From Candidatus Latescibacterota bacterium (GTDB lineage: Bacteria > Latescibacterota > UBA2968 > GCA-2709665), in the NCBI GenBank assembly GCA_965116875.1, contig OZ220733.1, positions 4,704,001 to 4,768,000 on the forward strand: DNA of 64,000 bases. Direction: 5' to 3'. The notes under the pieces were generated by a model, which was not told the origin of the DNA, ran no database searches, and was given only the letters and a program-made list of their open reading frames with translations. The position numbers were made by a program, and so were the translations under genes. This document shows, piece after piece, positions 36,291-46,304 of the stretch. The stretch's first letter is position 1. Every line of letters starts with the position of its first letter.

Positions 36291-37178
36291 CTATACCTGA
36301 CAGGCTTCGAGTTCCGACACAACCCTCGCCCGCGCTCCCGCCGCGCCGCTGCCAATGAAAACGAGTTCCGTACGGTCTGCCTCAAAGGGTTCCAGCGTCC
36401 ATCTGCCCCCCGCGAAATTGAAGAGAAACGCCGCTTCGACGCATCGCAGGAATCCCTTCGAGCGGTACACGGACTTTGGCATATTCTCTGCGAGACGTTC
36501 GAACTTTCCGCGATCCATGGGCCTGTCGGAAACGAAATCGAAGCTGTCGATTTCCACAAGATCCGTGTGCGTTGCCCGTGTGCGCAGGTGTCTCTGACCC
36601 TTCTCGACAACGCCGAACAGGAGCCCGATATCCACCGCGCATTTCAAGGTGCGCACGACGGACGCATCGGGATTTACCCGCCTCAGTTGGGCTTCGACCG
36701 CGTCGAGCTGGCCGTGCGTGACGAGGTCCACTTTGTTCAACAGCAGCAGATCCGCGGATTCGAACTGGGTGGTGGTCACGTATCCCAGGTCGGGAAATCG
36801 CACCATCAGGTCCGCATCCGCAATCACGACCACACTGTCCAGGCGAACGCCTGGAAGATTGTCCTCCACGTCGAAGATGACCGCATCCGGTTCCGCGACG
36901 CCGGTGGTTTCAACCACAATGAGCTCGGGACGCACCGTCTCGACGATTTCCTTGACCGCTTCTTCGAATTCACCTGCCAGAGAACAACATACGCAACCTC
37001 CTGCAAGTTCGGTCATACGAATGTGCTCGCCCTCCACGACCTTGCTGTCGATGGCGATCTCACCGAATTCGTTCATCAGAATCGCGATCCGCCGGTCGGC
37101 ACGCGCCACCAGGTGGCGCAGGAGCGTGGTCTTGCCGCTGCCCAGCGAACCTGCAATCAGAATCATGGAGATTTTCAT
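36291..37178 (-). CDS. COG0523 (CobW/ZigA-type) G3E GTPase metallochaperone
   Basis: GSLGSGKT, NEFG, GCVCC, ETTG, NKVD, YRSKG, LVFIG. Confidence 0.95.
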   Translation of the reverse strand: MKISMILIAGSLGSGKTTLLRHLVARADRRIAILMNEFGEIAIDSKVVEGEHIRMTELAGGCVCCSLAGEFEEAVKEIVETVRPELIVVETTGVAEPDAVIFDVEDNLPGVRLDSVVVIADADLMVRFPDLGYVTTTQFESADLLLLNKVDLVTHGQLDAVEAQLRRVNPDASVVRTLKCAVDIGLLFGVVEKGQRHLRTRATHTDLVEIDSFDFVSDRPMDRGKFERLAENMPKSVYRSKGFLRCVEAAFLFNFAGGRWTLEPFEADRTELVFIGSGAAGARARVVSELEACQV

Positions 37179-37259
37179 TTACCCGTATCCATTCGACCCG
37201 ACGTTTCGCCCGGCTCGTGTTCAGGCGCACGAACGCGGCCTCCCGCCAGGTCGATCAGT

Positions 37260-37309
37260 CCGTTGATAAAGTCGCTCTCCAGGCGAGGCCGGATGGACTT
37301 TTTCAACGG
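37260..37309. repeat. Inverted repeat directly after the rtcB stop
   Basis: CCGTTGATAAAGTC-22 nt-GACTTTTTCAACGG (13 of 14 complementary). Confidence 0.7.
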
Positions 37310-37313
37310 GCGG

Positions 37314-38771
37314 TTACCCCTTCACGTTGCCGATGGGCGAGAAACGCACGACGCGGCGGCTGAGCCCCGCCTTCTGGGTCGCTTCGATGACCTCGTCGAT
37401 ATCCTTGTATGCGCCGCCCGCCTCTTCCGCGAGTCCCGCAAAGGAAACGGACCGGACGTAGATGCCGCGGGCTTCCATTTCCTTCTGAAGCCGCTTGCCG
37501 TGGAACTGTTTGCGCGCCTTCGTGCGGCTCATTGTTCGTCCGCTGCCATGAGCCGTGGAAAAGAACGCCTGACCTCCGTCCGGCGACCCCGCAAGCAGAT
37601 AGGAACCTGTCTCCATGCTGCCGCCGATGATCACCGGCTGACCGTGGGATTTGAAAGCGTCGGGGACGCCGTTCATATCCGGTCCGAATGCCCGGGTCGC
37701 GCCTTTGCGGTGTACGAGCACCGTGCGATTCCGGCCATCGACCACGTGTCGCTCGAGCTTGGCGGTGTTGTGCGCCACGTCGTACACCTGGCGCATTTCC
37801 ATCTCTTCGGGGCTGCGTTTCAGTACGTCGGAGAACACCTCCCTGATGCGATGGAGAATCACCTGCCGGTTCGCGAAAGACATGTTGATCGCACACTTCA
37901 TTGCGGCGAAATAGTCCTGCCCCTCCGGGGACTGGAACGGGGCGCACGCCAGTTCGCGGTCACGGATTGAAATGCCGTATTTTTTTTGCATCACCTTCAG
38001 AAAAACCCGCAGATAATCGGTTGCCACCTGGTGGCCGAATCCCCGGCTGCCGCAGTGAAACATCACGACAACCTGGTTGGGAAGCGTAATGCCGAACGCC
38101 CGTGCCGCAGCATCGTCGAACACCTGGTCGGGTCTTGCAACCTGGATTTCGAGATAGTGGTTCCCCGAACCGAGCGTACCGATCTGGTTGAATCCCCGCT
38201 CCACCGCCTTGCGGCTGATTTTCGCCGCGTCCGCGCCCGAAATGCAGCCATTCTCCTCTGTACGCTCAAGATCCTCCCGCCAGCCGAAGCGATTGTCTAC
38301 ACACCACCGCGCACCCTCCTGCACGACGGTTCGAAACTCATCGTGGGAGATCCTGAGAAAGCCCGTACTCCCAACACCCGCCGGCACACGGTCGAACAGG
38401 CGATCCACGAGCTTTCTGAGGTGGGGCCTGACCTCGTCGTACGTCAGATTGGTGGTCACCAGACGCATTCCGCAGTTGACGTCGAAGCCGATGCCTCCCG
38501 GTGAGATCACGCCCCGCTCGACGTCCATTGCAGCGACCCCGCCAATGGGAAAGCCGTATCCCCAGTGCCCGTCGGGCATGCAGAAGGCATAGTTCAGGAT
38601 GCCCGGCAACGTGGCCACGTTGGTCACCTGATCGATTACGCCACGGTCCATTTCCGCCATCAGTTTTCGTGTCGCGTAGATTCGCGCCGGGACAAGCATG
38701 CCCTTCTTGAATGAAATCGGGATCTCCCACAGTGTGGGCGAAACCCGGGTTGCCTCGGGCGGAATGGGCAT
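37314..38771 (-). CDS. rtcB: RNA 2',3'-cyclic phosphate/5'-OH ligase RtcB (long, archaeal-like type)
   Basis: MPDGHWGYGFPIGG, GFDVNCG, GSGNHYLE, HCGSRG, HNTAK, HRKGAT, HGSGR. Confidence 0.98.
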   Translation of the reverse strand: MPIPPEATRVSPTLWEIPISFKKGMLVPARIYATRKLMAEMDRGVIDQVTNVATLPGILNYAFCMPDGHWGYGFPIGGVAAMDVERGVISPGGIGFDVNCGMRLVTTNLTYDEVRPHLRKLVDRLFDRVPAGVGSTGFLRISHDEFRTVVQEGARWCVDNRFGWREDLERTEENGCISGADAAKISRKAVERGFNQIGTLGSGNHYLEIQVARPDQVFDDAAARAFGITLPNQVVVMFHCGSRGFGHQVATDYLRVFLKVMQKKYGISIRDRELACAPFQSPEGQDYFAAMKCAINMSFANRQVILHRIREVFSDVLKRSPEEMEMRQVYDVAHNTAKLERHVVDGRNRTVLVHRKGATRAFGPDMNGVPDAFKSHGQPVIIGGSMETGSYLLAGSPDGGQAFFSTAHGSGRTMSRTKARKQFHGKRLQKEMEARGIYVRSVSFAGLAEEAGGAYKDIDEVIEATQKAGLSRRVVRFSPIGNVKG

Positions 38772-38780
38772 GTGTCGCTC

Positions 38781-39731
38781 CTAGGAGTCGTGTTCGCAAT
38801 CCGCATAGTGGTTCCGTAACGGATCGAGGCCGAAGTCGTTCTCCAGATCGCGCAGTACGGAATGAATGTGGTTCGCGTCATTCTGGGTGTTGTCGTATTC
38901 CACGAGGTGAGTGGGGCCGTGAATCCGGTAGTAATGCTTCTCCCCGGGGCGAACCCCGCCGGCCCACGCAAAGTGCAATCGTTCCACGCCGGCCCTGCGG
39001 ATTCTCGACATGTGCGCTTCGCCGAGGTCCGCCCGAAGGTTGGACGCGTACAGTTTCAGAATCCGCGTCACGGTTTCCTTCTGCGCTGGCGGCATTTCAG
39101 ATACGGGGACGCCCGCCGGATCGCCGATCCGGGCCACTTTGCTGTTTCGGGTGAGGATATCGCTTGGCGCCTCATCGGCGATGCGGGCCCCGGACTGCAG
39201 GTCGACCGGCAATGCATTCAGAAGCCCCCGCGCCAGGTCCTCTTCGTCTCGCAGGACGCGCCAGCCCGTCCGTTCTCCCGAAGGCACCCGCGCCGGATTC
39301 GCGCCCCAGAAAGCCGGCGTGGACGCCACCTTTCTTTCGGCGTCGACCGAGACGGTCAACGACAGGTGGTGGCCGTCGATCCGCCAGCCCCAGGGATCGG
39401 TTCCCGAAACGAGGTCTCCGAAAAGCGTCAGATAATACCCGTCCGGGTCCCTGCTGAAGCGCGATACCGTCCGGGACTCGATTTCGCCGAGAATGCCCTC
39501 CAATACCATGATATCCACCGCCTTCTGATATCCGGTATCGCTGAGAGCGCTTCTCAGGAGACGGTGCGCCGACTCCAGCTGCGCCTGTGACATCTCCCTG
39601 AAAGGCACGCCGTTTCGCTTTACGGGTACGTAGTTCCAGTTGAAACGCTCCTCGTGATCGAACGTGTACAGAACCCGGCTCCGCTGGTCCGCACTCAGTT
39701 CGTTCATGAATTCCTGAGCTGCTCTAAGCAT
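38781..39731 (-). CDS. DUF3500 protein
   Basis: WGWRIDGHHLSL, FWGANPA, YYRIHGP..LVEYDNTQ..ANHIHSVLRD..NDFG. Confidence 0.88.
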   Translation of the reverse strand: MLRAAQEFMNELSADQRSRVLYTFDHEERFNWNYVPVKRNGVPFREMSQAQLESAHRLLRSALSDTGYQKAVDIMVLEGILGEIESRTVSRFSRDPDGYYLTLFGDLVSGTDPWGWRIDGHHLSLTVSVDAERKVASTPAFWGANPARVPSGERTGWRVLRDEEDLARGLLNALPVDLQSGARIADEAPSDILTRNSKVARIGDPAGVPVSEMPPAQKETVTRILKLYASNLRADLGEAHMSRIRRAGVERLHFAWAGGVRPGEKHYYRIHGPTHLVEYDNTQNDANHIHSVLRDLENDFGLDPLRNHYADCEHDS

Positions 39732-39788
39732 GGCAGTCCTCCCCGTCGGGGTGCTGTTGGGTATGAATGCTCTCTGCGATTTGACGCG

Positions 39789-41855
39789 CTAATCGGCCGA
39801 GTCGACCGCAGCCGCACGGAAATCCGCAACCGCCCTCTTGCTGTTCGTCGACTCCCCTGATTTGAGCGCCACCAGGATCGGGTCCGGATGCGACTCCGCG
39901 ACGGCCGAAGCGTCCGCGGGGACACCGGTCTTCACGTCGACCGGTACCTCGTAGACGCCGTCGGGCTTCCAGAAATCACGCGACTCGCGTCCGGCCGTCG
40001 CGCGGGCCATAAACGCCGTCCAGATCGGCACCGCGTCACGGCCGCCCGTTATCCGCGTCTTCCTCGGGGTCTTCCGGTCGAATCCGATCCAGACACATGT
40101 TGCGAGACCCGGAGTGAAGCCGGTAAACCATGCATCCGTATGGTCGTTTGTCGTACCCGTTTTGCCCGCCGCGGGCCGAATGAATCCCCCGTCTCGGACC
40201 CCGCGGCCCGTACCTCGCAGGATTACATTCTGAAGCAATCGGATCATGACGTAAGCGTCCGCAGCGTCTATTTCGGGAACCGGCTGTACCCGGTGTTCAT
40301 ATACCACCCGCCCACCGGTGTCTTCGATCCGCCGGACGAACGCCGGATCCACGCGGACACCGTAGTTGGCGATTGTGGCATAGACCGAGGCCATTTCCAG
40401 CGGTGAAACCTCGTTCGAGCCCAGGGCGATGCTCGGATACGGGGCCAGGGGACTCCGTACCCCCAGTCGTCGGCCCATTTCCACAACCCGTTCGGGGCCG
40501 ATGAGATCCAGAACCTGCACGCTTGCCGAATTCGCGGAATTCACCAGGGCCCATGCAGCCGTCGTGATACCCAGATACCGGTCTCTGAAATTCCTGGGCA
40601 TCCATGGCTTCCCGTTTACGGTGTAGGTCCGCGGCTCATCGTCAAACAGCGAGACGGAGGAAATCTCGCCCGACGCCAGCGCCGCCATATACACGACAGG
40701 TTTGAAACCCGACCCGGGCTGGCGTCTCGCGGCCGTTGCCCGGTTGAAGTAGCTGATGAATATGTCACGGCCGCCCACCATTGCGCGCACGAATCCGGTT
40801 GCCGGTTCCAGGCTGACCAGAGCCGCCTGGATGTATTCACGCCTCTCCTCTTTGTCCGCAACCTCGTACACGCCGAACCCAAGCCGCTCATCTACAGATG
40901 CAAGTCCCTCGGCAACAGACTTTTCTGCGGATTTCTGCATGTGAAAGTTCAATGTCGTGTAGATATTCAGCGCACCAAAACTGAGTGCGGACCGTCCCCA
41001 TCGCCGCACGACCTCGTCTTTGATGATTTCAACGAAGTAAGGCGTCCGATTCCTGTCGCGCAATTGCGACGCCAGAGCCGGCGACGCGGCGAGCGCCTCG
41101 TTCAACGCGTCTGCTTCCAGGAAACCAACCGCGTGCATGCGCCTCAGAACGTGCGCGGTACGAGCCGCGGCCTGCCTGCCGCCGTCACGGAACGGATTCA
41201 ACGCACCCGGCGAGTTCGGCAGCCCGGCAAGCATGGCCGCCTCGGCCAGGCTCAGATCCGCGGCGGACTTTCCGAAAAACGTCTGCGACGCATCCTCCAC
41301 GCCGTATGCGTTGGTACCGAAGAAACTGCCGTTGATATAAATCTCCAGCAACCTGTCCTTGGCCGATTCACCGTACAGCCGCGAAAACATCGCTTCCAGT
41401 TGCACGGCCAGCAGCGCCTCACGCGCCTTCCGCAGATAGGTCTTCTCGCGTGTCAGGAACACATTCTTGACGATCTGCTGGGTAATCGTACTTCCACCCC
41501 TGACTTTCCGGAAATGTCTCAGGTTTGCCACGAACGCCCCGGCGATCCCTTTCAGACTTACGCCCCGGTGGCGGTAAAACGACTCGTCTTCGGTCGCGAT
41601 GACCGCCTTGACAAACCAGGGGCTCACCTGGTCCAGTCTCACCTGCCTGACCCGACGGTTGAACGTAAACAGCAACTCTCCGGTATCCGCGAAGATATTC
41701 ACGCCGGCCTGGCTGCTCAACGCGTCGGGGTCTGGAGGAATTCGCGGAAGGGTGGCCAACAGCCAGGCGAAGCCAAGGCCGGCGACGAGCAACGCGTCCG
41801 CCGCAAGAATCATACCGGTCCGGGTCCAGTCGTTTCGAAGCAGGTTCCGGAGCAT
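39789..41855 (-). CDS. Class A penicillin-binding protein (PBP1A family)
   Basis: EDESFYRHRG, GGSTITQQ; transpeptidase SGFK, SAN, KTG. Confidence 0.95.
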   Translation of the reverse strand: MLRNLLRNDWTRTGMILAADALLVAGLGFAWLLATLPRIPPDPDALSSQAGVNIFADTGELLFTFNRRVRQVRLDQVSPWFVKAVIATEDESFYRHRGVSLKGIAGAFVANLRHFRKVRGGSTITQQIVKNVFLTREKTYLRKAREALLAVQLEAMFSRLYGESAKDRLLEIYINGSFFGTNAYGVEDASQTFFGKSAADLSLAEAAMLAGLPNSPGALNPFRDGGRQAAARTAHVLRRMHAVGFLEADALNEALAASPALASQLRDRNRTPYFVEIIKDEVVRRWGRSALSFGALNIYTTLNFHMQKSAEKSVAEGLASVDERLGFGVYEVADKEERREYIQAALVSLEPATGFVRAMVGGRDIFISYFNRATAARRQPGSGFKPVVYMAALASGEISSVSLFDDEPRTYTVNGKPWMPRNFRDRYLGITTAAWALVNSANSASVQVLDLIGPERVVEMGRRLGVRSPLAPYPSIALGSNEVSPLEMASVYATIANYGVRVDPAFVRRIEDTGGRVVYEHRVQPVPEIDAADAYVMIRLLQNVILRGTGRGVRDGGFIRPAAGKTGTTNDHTDAWFTGFTPGLATCVWIGFDRKTPRKTRITGGRDAVPIWTAFMARATAGRESRDFWKPDGVYEVPVDVKTGVPADASAVAESHPDPILVALKSGESTNSKRAVADFRAAAVDSAD

Positions 41856-42697
41856 CAGGGCCGACCTCCCGAATCGTCGAAGAGTGCGTCAATTTCCCCG
41901 GATTCCACGTTGAACCTGACGGAGGCGCGTTCCGGATCGACGTAAACCAACTCTCCGTGGAACGTTCCAAGCCCGCTTTGAATCAGAATCTGGCTGACGC
42001 GACCCGACCGGAATTCTTCCATCAGACGCTTCCGCTCATCCGATTGGAATTGTTCAACGAAGTCCCTTTCCAGCCGCTCGCGCACGTCCGTTCGGATGGA
42101 GTCAGCGACGTCCGCGGTGTCGGCTTCGCCGTGACGTTCGGCCTCGCCCGCGTGCCGGTACAGGGCATCGACTCGATTCCGTATCCGAACACGGAATCGT
42201 ACGTCCGGCAAGATTGCCAGCTTCAGGAGAGACAACCCCAGATTGAATGCGCGAACGCTCTTCAGCAACTCGCGGGTTTCCCGACCCTTGTTCCGTAAGC
42301 GTTCCGTACGCCAGACCGCGATAAAGGAAGGCATACCGGACTCCGGCACGCGGTCCACGTTGAACCGGGCATCAGCCACGGCATCCGGCAGACCGCCGGC
42401 CACGGGTGTTTCCACTGTCTGCAACGAATCCCGTACCTGGGCCCGCGCGTCCAGCCGCTTCCATAGAGCGCCGGACGTGGCGCGCCCTGCATTGTTCCGG
42501 TCCAGCTCCTCGCCCACCCATATCGCAATGCAGTTCGTCCGGTATTCCAGGTACGCGAACAGTGCGCCCGCCGTTCCCACCAACGCCACACCGGCGGCGG
42601 TGTACAGCAGTTTCCTGAATCTCAAGGGTGAGAATTCACCATCGTCTGCCCGCCGGGACCGACAGATGCGCCGATATGCGCGTACCAGGAGATTCAT
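41855..42697 (-). CDS. Hypothetical single-pass membrane protein
   Basis: One hydrophobic segment (LLYTAAGVALVGTAGALFAYL); stop overlaps the PBP start. Confidence 0.65.
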   Translation of the reverse strand: MNLLVRAYRRICRSRRADDGEFSPLRFRKLLYTAAGVALVGTAGALFAYLEYRTNCIAIWVGEELDRNNAGRATSGALWKRLDARAQVRDSLQTVETPVAGGLPDAVADARFNVDRVPESGMPSFIAVWRTERLRNKGRETRELLKSVRAFNLGLSLLKLAILPDVRFRVRIRNRVDALYRHAGEAERHGEADTADVADSIRTDVRERLERDFVEQFQSDERKRLMEEFRSGRVSQILIQSGLGTFHGELVYVDPERASVRFNVESGEIDALFDDSGGRP

Positions 42698-42779
42698 CGT
42701 GACCCGATGCCGTCAAAAAAATCCCGAAACAGCGCGCCTGCTGCTGTAACGGGATCGGTGGGCGGATACCGGCAGAAGA

Positions 42780-43802
42780 TCAGGCGGCAATGCCCTCCAT
42801 CTCCGGGACATATCTGCCATCGCGTGCGGCGCCGTTGCAGCTTGCCCTGTGAAGGAACACTCTCTGTGCCGCCGCCACGTTTGTGGCCTGCCCGTTCCAG
42901 GCGGCGCGGGCGGGGTCCTGTAGCGCCCTGCCGTACGAATAGCTGAGTTCCCAGGGAGATCCGCCAAGCCGATTCATGGCATTGAGGTGCAGCGTGGAAA
43001 GCTCCGGGCTCTGTCCCCCGGAAAGAAACACCACACCTGGAATCGAGGCGGGAACCGTACGACGAAGGCACCGCACGGTCGCTTCAGCCACTTCCTCAAC
43101 GCCTGCCTGCGCCGGACAATCGACGCCGGAAAGGACCATACTGGCTTTCAGCAATGTGCCTTCCAGATTGACCCGGTGTTCTCCCAATTCCGAAAATACG
43201 CTGCGCAATACCCGTTCTGTTACTTCCTCGCACCGTTCGATGGTGTGACCCCCGTCCATCAGAACTTCCGGTTCCACGATTGGTACCAGCCCCGCTTCCT
43301 GACACAGGGCGGCATAACGGGCGAGGGCGTGGGAATTGGCGTGGATGCACCCCCGCGTTGGAATCCCGTCGCCAATAGCAATGGCGGCGCGCCATTTCGC
43401 GAACCTGGCGCCCCGCTCACGATATGCGTCCAGGCGCGCGCGGAGCCCGTCCAGCCCTTCGGTTATCTGTTCGCCCGGAAAGCCGGCCAGCGGGACCAGC
43501 CCTGCATCCGCCTTGATTCCGGGAATCATACCCCGATCCGACAGCAACCGTGGAAACGGAACACGGCCGTTCGCGGACGAATTCAGCGTCTCTTCGTAAA
43601 GAATGACGCCGCTGATGTAGTCCGACAGATCCGGTGTTGTGAACAACATTTCACGATACGCCCTTCGGGATTCGGCCGTGGGTTCCAGGCCAATGTCCGC
43701 GAATCGCTTCGTGATCGTCCCCATACTCTCGTCCGCCGCCAGAATTCCTCTCCCCGCAGGTACAAGTGCGCGAGCCGTGGCTTCGATTTCCCCTCTTGAC
43801 AT
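42780..43802 (-). CDS. Fructose-bisphosphate aldolase class I
   Basis: GILAADES, FAKWR, LVPIVEPEV, LEGTLLK, FLSGGQS, SYGRALQ. Confidence 0.97.
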   Translation of the reverse strand: MSRGEIEATARALVPAGRGILAADESMGTITKRFADIGLEPTAESRRAYREMLFTTPDLSDYISGVILYEETLNSSANGRVPFPRLLSDRGMIPGIKADAGLVPLAGFPGEQITEGLDGLRARLDAYRERGARFAKWRAAIAIGDGIPTRGCIHANSHALARYAALCQEAGLVPIVEPEVLMDGGHTIERCEEVTERVLRSVFSELGEHRVNLEGTLLKASMVLSGVDCPAQAGVEEVAEATVRCLRRTVPASIPGVVFLSGGQSPELSTLHLNAMNRLGGSPWELSYSYGRALQDPARAAWNGQATNVAAAQRVFLHRASCNGAARDGRYVPEMEGIAA

Positions 43803-43896
43803 CGTTTACGACCTCATCTCCGGGTGTTGTTTTTCCAACTGTCCTTCGCATCGTAGAATATACCCTTTAATCTGCGGATGTCCAGCAGATTCCGGT

Positions 43897-44907
43897 CTAC
43901 AGGCAAGAATTGCCGTCTGTGGCCCCGCTTGCCGATTCGGCTGTCTCCAGGGTCCAGACGTCGTTATACACGACGCTGCCCGCGATGGACCCGCTGTACC
44001 CCCCGAGCAGCCAGATCATCTGTTGAAAGTCCAGACAGGGAAACGCGTGGCGCACACCCCATGGCGCCCGGCGGTGCGTCTGCCGCCATGTCAGACCGTC
44101 GGTGGAACACCAGACGTCGTTCACGTTGATGGACGGTTCGATGGCGCCTCCGGCAATCCACAACCTTCCGGCGTACACAAACGAACTGTGAAACCGCCGC
44201 GGCGCCCATCCCGCATCGACTGCCACCTGTTCCCAGGTCGCGCCGTCCGACGAACACCACACATCGTTGTAATTGACCCGACGATCGTGGTAGTTTCCTC
44301 CTCCCAGAAGCCACATCCGGTCTCCGTGTTCGATGGCAGGGAACATGGCCCGCGGCGCCCATGGCGAGCGCTCTTCGACCAACTCCCAACGATGACCGTC
44401 GTTCGAGCACCAGACGTCGCCGTAATGCGTCCTTCGCTCCCAGTTCAATCCGCCGAGAACCCAGATCCGTTCATTGTAAACAATGCAGGCGAAAGCGCCT
44501 CGGCAACCCCACGGGGCGCGTTGCGTCACGCAATCCCAACTCCGGCCGTCGGTGGAACACCAGACGTCGCCGAGTGTGTGGACTCCGTCGAATCCGCCCA
44601 TCAACCAGACCCGATCCCGCAGGACGACGCAGCCCGCGAGATTCCGGGCCGGCCATGGCGCAGCCCGCAACACGCATTCCCATGTCAGACCGTCGGCAGA
44701 ATGCCAAACGTCGTTGAGGCGCGGAAAGTTCATGGGGCCCAGCATCTGCCAGCCGCCGAAGAGCCACATGCGGTCCTTGAAAACCGCGCCCCCGGGCGAA
44801 TCTCTGCGTGGCCACGGCGCGTGTTCGGAAACACGATTCCAATTCACAGTCATCCGGTACCTGTCCCTGCCGACAGACAATACGGTCTGCCGTTTTTCGT
44901 TTTCCAA
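43897..44907 (-). CDS. Kelch-like beta-propeller protein
   Basis: Six repeats of APW..R...W..GG...NDVW.S.DG..W. Confidence 0.88.
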   Translation of the reverse strand: MENEKRQTVLSVGRDRYRMTVNWNRVSEHAPWPRRDSPGGAVFKDRMWLFGGWQMLGPMNFPRLNDVWHSADGLTWECVLRAAPWPARNLAGCVVLRDRVWLMGGFDGVHTLGDVWCSTDGRSWDCVTQRAPWGCRGAFACIVYNERIWVLGGLNWERRTHYGDVWCSNDGHRWELVEERSPWAPRAMFPAIEHGDRMWLLGGGNYHDRRVNYNDVWCSSDGATWEQVAVDAGWAPRRFHSSFVYAGRLWIAGGAIEPSINVNDVWCSTDGLTWRQTHRRAPWGVRHAFPCLDFQQMIWLLGGYSGSIAGSVVYNDVWTLETAESASGATDGNSCL

Positions 44908-44987
44908 CGCTGCGCTTTTCCGATATATTGAACTCCGGCTGCCACTGAAGCCTGACCGGAATGTCTACCCCACAGTGTTGCGACCCT

Positions 44988-45806
44988 ATGTACAGTACGC
45001 TTGTCTACCTCGTATTCAGCCGGCTCGCCGTTGGCGGTTTGCTGTCGCTGCTGGCCGTTCCACTGGAGGCCGGTAAACGCTTTTTCAGGTTTTGCACACT
45101 CGCGTGCCTGGTGTTTCTCCTCCTGGCGCTGTGGGCGGGTCCCTTCTCCATTCTAACGCCAGCGGCGGACGCCTCCACGGTGTCTCTGCTGCCTCGCCTT
45201 CTATTGGCGGTTGGCGCCCTGATTGGATTTGTCTACCTGCTGGCTGTCGTCGCCGAACGCATACGACCGCAGAGACCGCTGCTGGCCGCCGCGGGTGCGG
45301 TTGGAACGGCCGGCCTGGTTACGGACGGATTCTTTTCGTACGCGGCCTGTTCTCCCTTTGCAGCCGGTGCGTTAACCGCAGCCAGTTACGTGATCTCCGC
45401 GCTTTTCCTCGGAAGCGTCATCTTCGCAATGATCCTGGGCCACTGGTATCTCGTGGTACCTGCGCTTCCCATACGGCCTTTGCGCAACCTCACGCAATGG
45501 ATGCTTGGCGCCACCCTGGCCAAAGCGATGCTGACCGCACTCACATTATACGTTTTCTGGACGTACGGCGACACGCAGTTGCGGGAGACGCTTCAGTCCT
45601 TCCGGGGTCTGGGCGGCCTTTTTCTGTGGGTACGTCTGCTCTTCGGGCTTCTCGGACCGCTAATCGTGGGCATTATGGTGTGGCAAACCGTCAAGATTCA
45701 CTCGACCCAGTCGGCCACGGGCCTGCTATACGTCGCCACGATTTTTGTTCTGATCGGCGAATGTGTTGCCGCCTATATCCTTTATACAACCGGGATACCG
45801 GTATAA
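44988..45806 (+). CDS. Polytopic membrane protein of unknown function
   Basis: About 8 hydrophobic segments; AMILGHWYL and STQSATGLLY motifs. Confidence 0.8.
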   Translation: MYSTLVYLVFSRLAVGGLLSLLAVPLEAGKRFFRFCTLACLVFLLLALWAGPFSILTPAADASTVSLLPRLLLAVGALIGFVYLLAVVAERIRPQRPLLAAAGAVGTAGLVTDGFFSYAACSPFAAGALTAASYVISALFLGSVIFAMILGHWYLVVPALPIRPLRNLTQWMLGATLAKAMLTALTLYVFWTYGDTQLRETLQSFRGLGGLFLWVRLLFGLLGPLIVGIMVWQTVKIHSTQSATGLLYVATIFVLIGECVAAYILYTTGIPV

Positions 45807-45810
45807 TTCC

Positions 45811-46257
45811 ATGACAATCAGCTTTCGCTGTCCCGAATGTCAGGCCGCCAATAACGTCCAGGCTTCACAGACCGATACGACCTGTCAGGACTGCGGTCGT
45901 GATTTTTCATTGGCCTTCTCGAAGGAAATCCTGAAAAAAAACCGGGTGGACGTGTGCCCGCGATGCGGAAAGACCGATTTTTACGTTCAGAGAGACTTCA
46001 ACGGTAAAATCGGTCTTGGGATTGCCGTTCTTTTCGCCCTGATCGGCCTTGTATTCGTGGCGCTGGACCGCCCCGTCTATTTCTACGCCTGTCTGGCCGC
46101 CGCCGCGATTATCGACCTCGCGCTGTACCTGAGTCTGCCGGAAATTACGATTTGCTACAGCTGCAAGACTGCATTCCGCGGCGCCCGCAAGAACCCGGCG
46201 CACCAGCCATTCGATCTGCATACGGCGGACATGTACGATCATCGCGCGAAGGGATAG
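45811..46257 (+). CDS. Cys-rich zinc-ribbon membrane protein
   Basis: CPEC, CQDC, CPRC, two hydrophobic segments, CYSC. Confidence 0.8.
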   Translation: MTISFRCPECQAANNVQASQTDTTCQDCGRDFSLAFSKEILKKNRVDVCPRCGKTDFYVQRDFNGKIGLGIAVLFALIGLVFVALDRPVYFYACLAAAAIIDLALYLSLPEITICYSCKTAFRGARKNPAHQPFDLHTADMYDHRAKG

Positions 46258-46304
46258 ACCGCTGTCCGCCGCGCCGGCGGCCGGTGATCAGACTGGCTCC
46301 TTCC

